The notes below the pieces were generated by a model. The model did no database searches, was not told where the DNA came from, and was given only the letters and a program-made list of their open reading frames with translations. A DNA stretch of 64,000 bases from Acholeplasmataceae bacterium (GTDB lineage Bacteria; Bacillota_I; Bacilli_A; Acholeplasmatales; Acholeplasmataceae): assembly GCA_963667565.1 (NCBI GenBank), contig OY763415.1, forward strand, positions 384,001-448,000, in the 5' to 3' direction. Below are positions 59,859 to 64,000 of the stretch, in pieces. Made by a program: the position numbers and the translations under genes. Numbering within the stretch: the first letter of the stretch is position 1; each line of letters opens with the position of its first letter.

Positions 59859-59971
59859 TAATTTAGAAATATAATAAAAATGGAGTTGGGGGACTTTTGT
59901 ATGATTTTAAGCCATGCGGGTTTCTTTCCGAGGCTTTTTTATTTTATAATTATATTAAAAGGGTGGGAAAG

Positions 59972-61429
59972 ATGATTAAAAAAATTATATTAATTGGTTT
60001 AATGGTTTTCATTGTATTCATCAATTTTTCAGTAAATGTTTTAGGTGCAAAAAATACTACAAGTATCGATAGTAAATTGACAACTAATAATGAAGTTGTT
60101 GATGAAAATGAGTTTTATGATTTATTCATTAATCATCAATATTTAATTGATGATTATAATTTATCAGTAGCAAATGATGCTTATACTGAAGATAATGAAA
60201 AAGTGTTGTGGTTACCCGCATCAGTTGAATATGCTTCAAAAATTGATGTTTGTAATAGTGATGAAAAAGTTATGTATCTAGATTTGAATGAGGAAAACGG
60301 ATTTATTGTGGTAGATAGTAATGATGTTTTGGTTGAATTTAATACTAACTCTGATTTAGCATTTTTGAGAGAATCAAACAATTTTTATTATAGCTTTTCA
60401 GATTCATTCGTGACATATAATGAAAATACTGGTGGATTTGACCAAATCTATGTTGATGATTTTAGTTCTGTTGATTTCTTCAATGAAGAAGTTAGTAATA
60501 CTCCTGTTCAACATAATGGTCAAGCTTCATCTGGAGATGGTGAGATTTATGATATTGATGCATATATAGCTGATCGATACGGTTCTAACTATATATATGT
60601 TAGTGGTAATTATATACAAGATTATGATTGGATTTATCAATATGATACTAGTGTTTATGAGATGAAATTAGTAAATCCTGATGACCAAACAGATGTTTTA
60701 TTCGCTAGTGAGGGAAATTGTGTGATAAATGCATCATATTCATTATTATCAAATCTCCCCTATACAAACAATTATCAATATTATAGTTATTTTAGTAATC
60801 TTAGATTTGGATTAAGAGATAGTAATTATATGAATGAGATTAGTACTGATCCACTGCTATATATGACTTATAGCAGTTACTCAGCAACGTATGAAATGAA
60901 TGGTATCGATTATGATGAAACTTGGTTATTGAATGGTTCATCAATAATAGATAGTATACCTCATATGTACATACAGTTAAGGGATCAAGCAATTAATAAT
61001 TATGGATATGAAAACGATGGGATGAGTCAAACATATGCTGATAATATGATTGAAACAGTAATTCATCTAGCAGAATATAACTATCCAAATTTTGATATGG
61101 TTTCTACATCTTCAGAAGATACAATTATATCTCAAATTGATAGTGGTAGACCTGGATTAATTTCAACATCAGGTAGTGAAACCTACAATAATCATTCAAT
61201 GGCTGTTTATGGTTATAGAAAATATAAATACTATACATATTTTCTTGGATTCATCAAAGTAACAAATTATGCATATTTTTGGGTAGTAGATAGTGGACAT
61301 AGAACTGAAGCTTATAGTTCTAATTTTAGAAATTCTAATGGTGATTATTTAAATTGGTTTGATGGTAACCAATCGAGCACAGATTTCATGTATATTAGTG
61401 CATCTTCATTTATACTTCCTAGCTGTTAA
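59972..61429 (+). CDS. Secreted protein with a papain-like (C39/C10-type) Cys-His-Asp domain
   Basis: ATG 59972 and signal peptide MIKKIILIGLMVFIVFINFSVNVLG; YLDLN..NGFIVV prodomain-like segment; EGNCVINA, ID.GRPGLI, YNNHSMAVYGY and FWVVDSG. Confidence 0.65.
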   Translation: MIKKIILIGLMVFIVFINFSVNVLGAKNTTSIDSKLTTNNEVVDENEFYDLFINHQYLIDDYNLSVANDAYTEDNEKVLWLPASVEYASKIDVCNSDEKVMYLDLNEENGFIVVDSNDVLVEFNTNSDLAFLRESNNFYYSFSDSFVTYNENTGGFDQIYVDDFSSVDFFNEEVSNTPVQHNGQASSGDGEIYDIDAYIADRYGSNYIYVSGNYIQDYDWIYQYDTSVYEMKLVNPDDQTDVLFASEGNCVINASYSLLSNLPYTNNYQYYSYFSNLRFGLRDSNYMNEISTDPLLYMTYSSYSATYEMNGIDYDETWLLNGSSIIDSIPHMYIQLRDQAINNYGYENDGMSQTYADNMIETVIHLAEYNYPNFDMVSTSSEDTIISQIDSGRPGLISTSGSETYNNHSMAVYGYRKYKYYTYFLGFIKVTNYAYFWVVDSGHRTEAYSSNFRNSNGDYLNWFDGNQSSTDFMYISASSFILPSC

Positions 61430-61438
61430 GATTTAATT

Positions 61439-62791
61439 ATGTACTCAAAATATGAAATAAACAACAAAACCATATATGTCAATAAAAAAAATGGTGATTT
61501 TAGTTATTACACTGAAATATTAGACAAAAACACATTTGAAGTTGATGAAACTCAAATTAACGCAAAAAACATTAATGTCACCTTTTCTATCTTATGCATC
61601 AATATTACGAATCAATGCAATTTACGATGTGATTACTGTTTCAATTATAATAAAGGTAATAACGTACTTAAAATTGATGAAATAAAATTTGGTATTGAAA
61701 AGTTTATTGAAAAATATAGCAATGTTGATAAATATTTTATTGACTTAAGTGGAAAGGGAGAACCACTTTTAGAATTAGATTTGATTATTGAGATTAATCA
61801 TTATTGTCAATCAGTATCTAATAAAGTGAATAAAGAAATTTTAGTTACTTTTGTCTCCAATGGTACTCTATTAACAAAAGAAATTGTTGAAATCCTTCAA
61901 AAAGAAAGAATTCTATTTGGTGTTAGTTTAGACGGCACTAAAAAGAATCATGATTTGCATAGAAAAACAAAATCAAATAAACCAACATATAATTTAATCA
62001 TGAAGAATATTAAAAAGATTGAAAATAGTGAATATATTGGTTGTGCTCTCACAATTACGAATAATGTTTTTAACTTAAAAAAAACATTGATTCAATTGAA
62101 TAAAGTTTTTAAAACTATAAGTGTAAAACCTGCGAGAAGTTGTGATTATGCACTTGATCAATATTCAATAGAAGACTGGAAAAATGAATATTCTAAGCTC
62201 GCTGATTATTTATTAACCAGAGTATTGAAGTATCATGATATGAATCTATTATTTGCTTTGGTAAATGGAGATGATTATTTTGGCAAATTTATTAAAAGAA
62301 GTTTTGAAGCTAGAAGAGTAATTAGTAGATGTGATGCATGTATTTCAAGATTGACTTTAAATGATGATAACACACTATACCCTTGCCCTGCTGCATCACT
62401 TTACGAAAATTTAAGTCTTGGTAAAATTGAAGATTTTAATCAAAATAAAATAGATTTTTTAAAAAATAAACAAATCTCAAAAGTTAATTGCAAAAACTGT
62501 GCATTTAAATATCTATGTGGTGGAGAATGTCTGATAGAATTAGAATTGCTAAAAGAAAATAACTTTATCATGTGTGAATATAAGAAACATTTGATTTTAC
62601 TATCTATGTATTTACATCAAGAAATCTTTTATAATAGCATTGACGAGTTTATAAAAATAAGAAACTTCTGTTTATCCACAGAAATAAGATATAGAAAAGA
62701 TGAAGAATTATATGAATTTCTTAGTAAGGAAAAAGATTTATCTTTTATTGAAGGTAAGCAAAGATTTGATGAATTTTATAAGAAATATTGA
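61439..62791 (+). CDS. Radical SAM protein with a SPASM domain (anSME/peptide-maturase type)
   Basis: CNLRCDYC, GKGEPLL, SNGTLL and VSLDG..HD..R; SPASM C....RL...D..LYPC, CKNC.FKYLCGGEC and MC. Confidence 0.9.
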   Translation: MYSKYEINNKTIYVNKKNGDFSYYTEILDKNTFEVDETQINAKNINVTFSILCINITNQCNLRCDYCFNYNKGNNVLKIDEIKFGIEKFIEKYSNVDKYFIDLSGKGEPLLELDLIIEINHYCQSVSNKVNKEILVTFVSNGTLLTKEIVEILQKERILFGVSLDGTKKNHDLHRKTKSNKPTYNLIMKNIKKIENSEYIGCALTITNNVFNLKKTLIQLNKVFKTISVKPARSCDYALDQYSIEDWKNEYSKLADYLLTRVLKYHDMNLLFALVNGDDYFGKFIKRSFEARRVISRCDACISRLTLNDDNTLYPCPAASLYENLSLGKIEDFNQNKIDFLKNKQISKVNCKNCAFKYLCGGECLIELELLKENNFIMCEYKKHLILLSMYLHQEIFYNSIDEFIKIRNFCLSTEIRYRKDEELYEFLSKEKDLSFIEGKQRFDEFYKKY

Positions 62792-62826
62792 AAATTAGAA
62801 ATTATAAATTTAAGGAGATCAATAAA

Positions 62827-63327
62827 ATGAAAATGAATCGATATTTAAAATTATTTGTGGCACTATTTATAGTTTTATCATTAGCAAGTTGTCAGAATAG
62901 TGATAATGAACAACCTGTATCTTGGAAAGTGTATAGTGATTTGAATACAACTTATGAAGATGGTACTAGTGGTAACTATATCGAAATTTTCAGTATACAG
63001 TACAATGATCAATACCTTGATGTCTATGGGAATTTTAACACAGATATTTATGAAGACATGATTTTAATCTGTCAAATTGAAGGTGAAACTTTAAATGATG
63101 ATTTTAGTTTTGATTTTGCTAAAACAGTTTCGGAAAATGATCTAACTCCAATCGTTTTTGATTCTGATAATAATTATCAGCTAGCTAGAATAGATCGAAT
63201 AGGTCATTTGTATTATAATTTCCCACAAGAGGCTTATGAAAGCATTCAAAATAATCAAGTTATTTCATGCAATATATATTTTGAATACATAGCATTCGCT
63301 TTAGATTTGACTAATAATTCAATTTAA
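62827..63327 (+). CDS. Hypothetical lipoprotein
   Basis: AAGGAG RBS before ATG 62827; lipobox LASC. Confidence 0.7.
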   Translation: MKMNRYLKLFVALFIVLSLASCQNSDNEQPVSWKVYSDLNTTYEDGTSGNYIEIFSIQYNDQYLDVYGNFNTDIYEDMILICQIEGETLNDDFSFDFAKTVSENDLTPIVFDSDNNYQLARIDRIGHLYYNFPQEAYESIQNNQVISCNIYFEYIAFALDLTNNSI

Positions 63328-63426
63328 TTTATCAATTTTTTAACAAATAATCAGAAAACAAATATAAAGGAACTTTGACTCCTTCATCGTTGATTCAAAT
63401 CCAGATAGGCTAGCTATTAATAAGAT

Positions 63427-63457
63427 AACAGAAGCATTCTTTAGCTTCTGTTTTTTT
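63427..63457 (+). terminator. Intrinsic terminator of the islet operon
   Basis: AACAGAAGC-attcttta-GCTTCTGTT followed by a T run. Confidence 0.8.
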
Positions 63458-63617
63458 ATTTTTTAAATAAATCCCTTGATTTACGTGGTGAATTTATCAA
63501 TAGTTGAAGTATATTTTTTCAACAGAAAAGTATATGAAGATTCTAATAAGAAAATATATTCTAATTCATAAGATCTTTCACATTATTATTACAATTTACA
63601 ATAAGAAAAAGGACAAA

Positions 63618-63830
63618 TTATTTTTGCCCTTTTTCTTCAGTCTCTGATAATCCTAAGAAGTAGTCAGCTGTTGTATCAAGATCTTTCACTAATTCAACAA
63701 TTTGTTCTTGATCAAGTTTTCTAGTACCACGTTCGATATGTGATATTAAACTACGATCAATACCTATAATTTTAGCTACCTGGGTTTGTGTCAAACCCCT
63801 ATTTTCTCGAATTTCCTTAAGTTTAAGCAT
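63618..63830 (-). CDS. XRE/Cro-like HTH regulator
   Basis: LKEIRENRGLTQTQVAKIIGIDRSLISHIERG.R and ADYFLG. Confidence 0.9.
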   Translation of the reverse strand: MLKLKEIRENRGLTQTQVAKIIGIDRSLISHIERGTRKLDQEQIVELVKDLDTTADYFLGLSETEEKGQK

Positions 63831-63946
63831 TTTAAAAGCCGCTTTCGTATTGACAAAGCAATTTTTGTTTTATCAATGTTATGTGACCATAAGTCACGGA
63901 GTAGTTCTGAGCGAATTTGCTTTGCTAAGGATTCGTTATTTATCAT

Positions 63947-64000
63947 TGGTACCCCCTAACGGGATCGAACCGTTGACCCACTGATTAAGAGTCAGTTGCT
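63947..64000 (-). tRNA. tRNA-Lys(CTT), 3' portion; the 5' end lies beyond the window
   Basis: Minus strand ACTGA-CTCTTAA-TCAGT anticodon arm, T arm AACGG-TTCGATC-CCGTT, encoded CCA end. Confidence 0.93.

Larger units (their letters stand above)
59580..63991. mobile_element. tRNA-Lys-integrated genomic islet (~4.4 kb) with no integrase gene
   Basis: Bounded by 45 bp direct repeats; four CDSs, none resembling a recombinase. Confidence 0.85.

Noticed and set aside
59880..59975. 31-codon ORF MELGDFCMILSHAGFF... as the rSAM precursor peptide
   Set aside because: No Shine-Dalgarno, only one Cys and no leader/core pattern; it overlaps the leader hairpin. Not fully excluded without Ribo-seq
1..64000. 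CRISPR array, cas genes, rRNA, prophage structural genes
   Set aside because: No regularly spaced short repeats and no recognisable motifs; the only long repeats are the intragenic CBM units and the tRNA att duplication

Overview
AT-rich bacterial DNA read with the standard code (TGA = stop), with Firmicute-type promoters and RBSs, a T-box riboswitch and many lipoproteins. The gene content suggests an Acholeplasmataceae-like mollicute; this is inferred, not proven. The window has three parts. (1) 1-27.3 kb holds housekeeping and accessory genes: rdgB, a metallophosphoesterase, a degenerate GGDEF/EAL protein coupled to a HEPN-like protein, buk-ptb, namA, queH, a McrB-N/PD-(D/E)xK nuclease, a deoxynucleoside kinase, a CatA-like acetyltransferase, BusR with a betaine ABC transporter, a Trp T-box with a lone trpB, and an ars operon. 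(2) 27.3-53.2 kb is a ~26 kb beta-1,3-glucan (laminarin-type) utilisation locus. It encodes GH30, a GH94 laminaribiose phosphorylase, two GH16 enzymes, LacI, a GH161-like phosphorylase and a multi-CBM surface lipoprotein. It also encodes an unusual 8-gene ABC-type importer: two solute-binding proteins, four permeases, an NHL/TPR-Yip1 fusion and a DUF5696-like protein. (3) 53.2-64 kb is a variable region with IS3 remnants, a probable toxin-immunity pair, an orphan toxin tip with paralogous membrane proteins, and pseudogenes. It ends in a 4.4 kb integrase-less islet inserted in tRNA-Lys(CTT) between 45 bp direct repeats, encoding a secreted papain-like protein, a radical SAM/SPASM enzyme, a lipoprotein and an XRE regulator. 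All family assignments come from recognising motifs by eye; no database searches were run.
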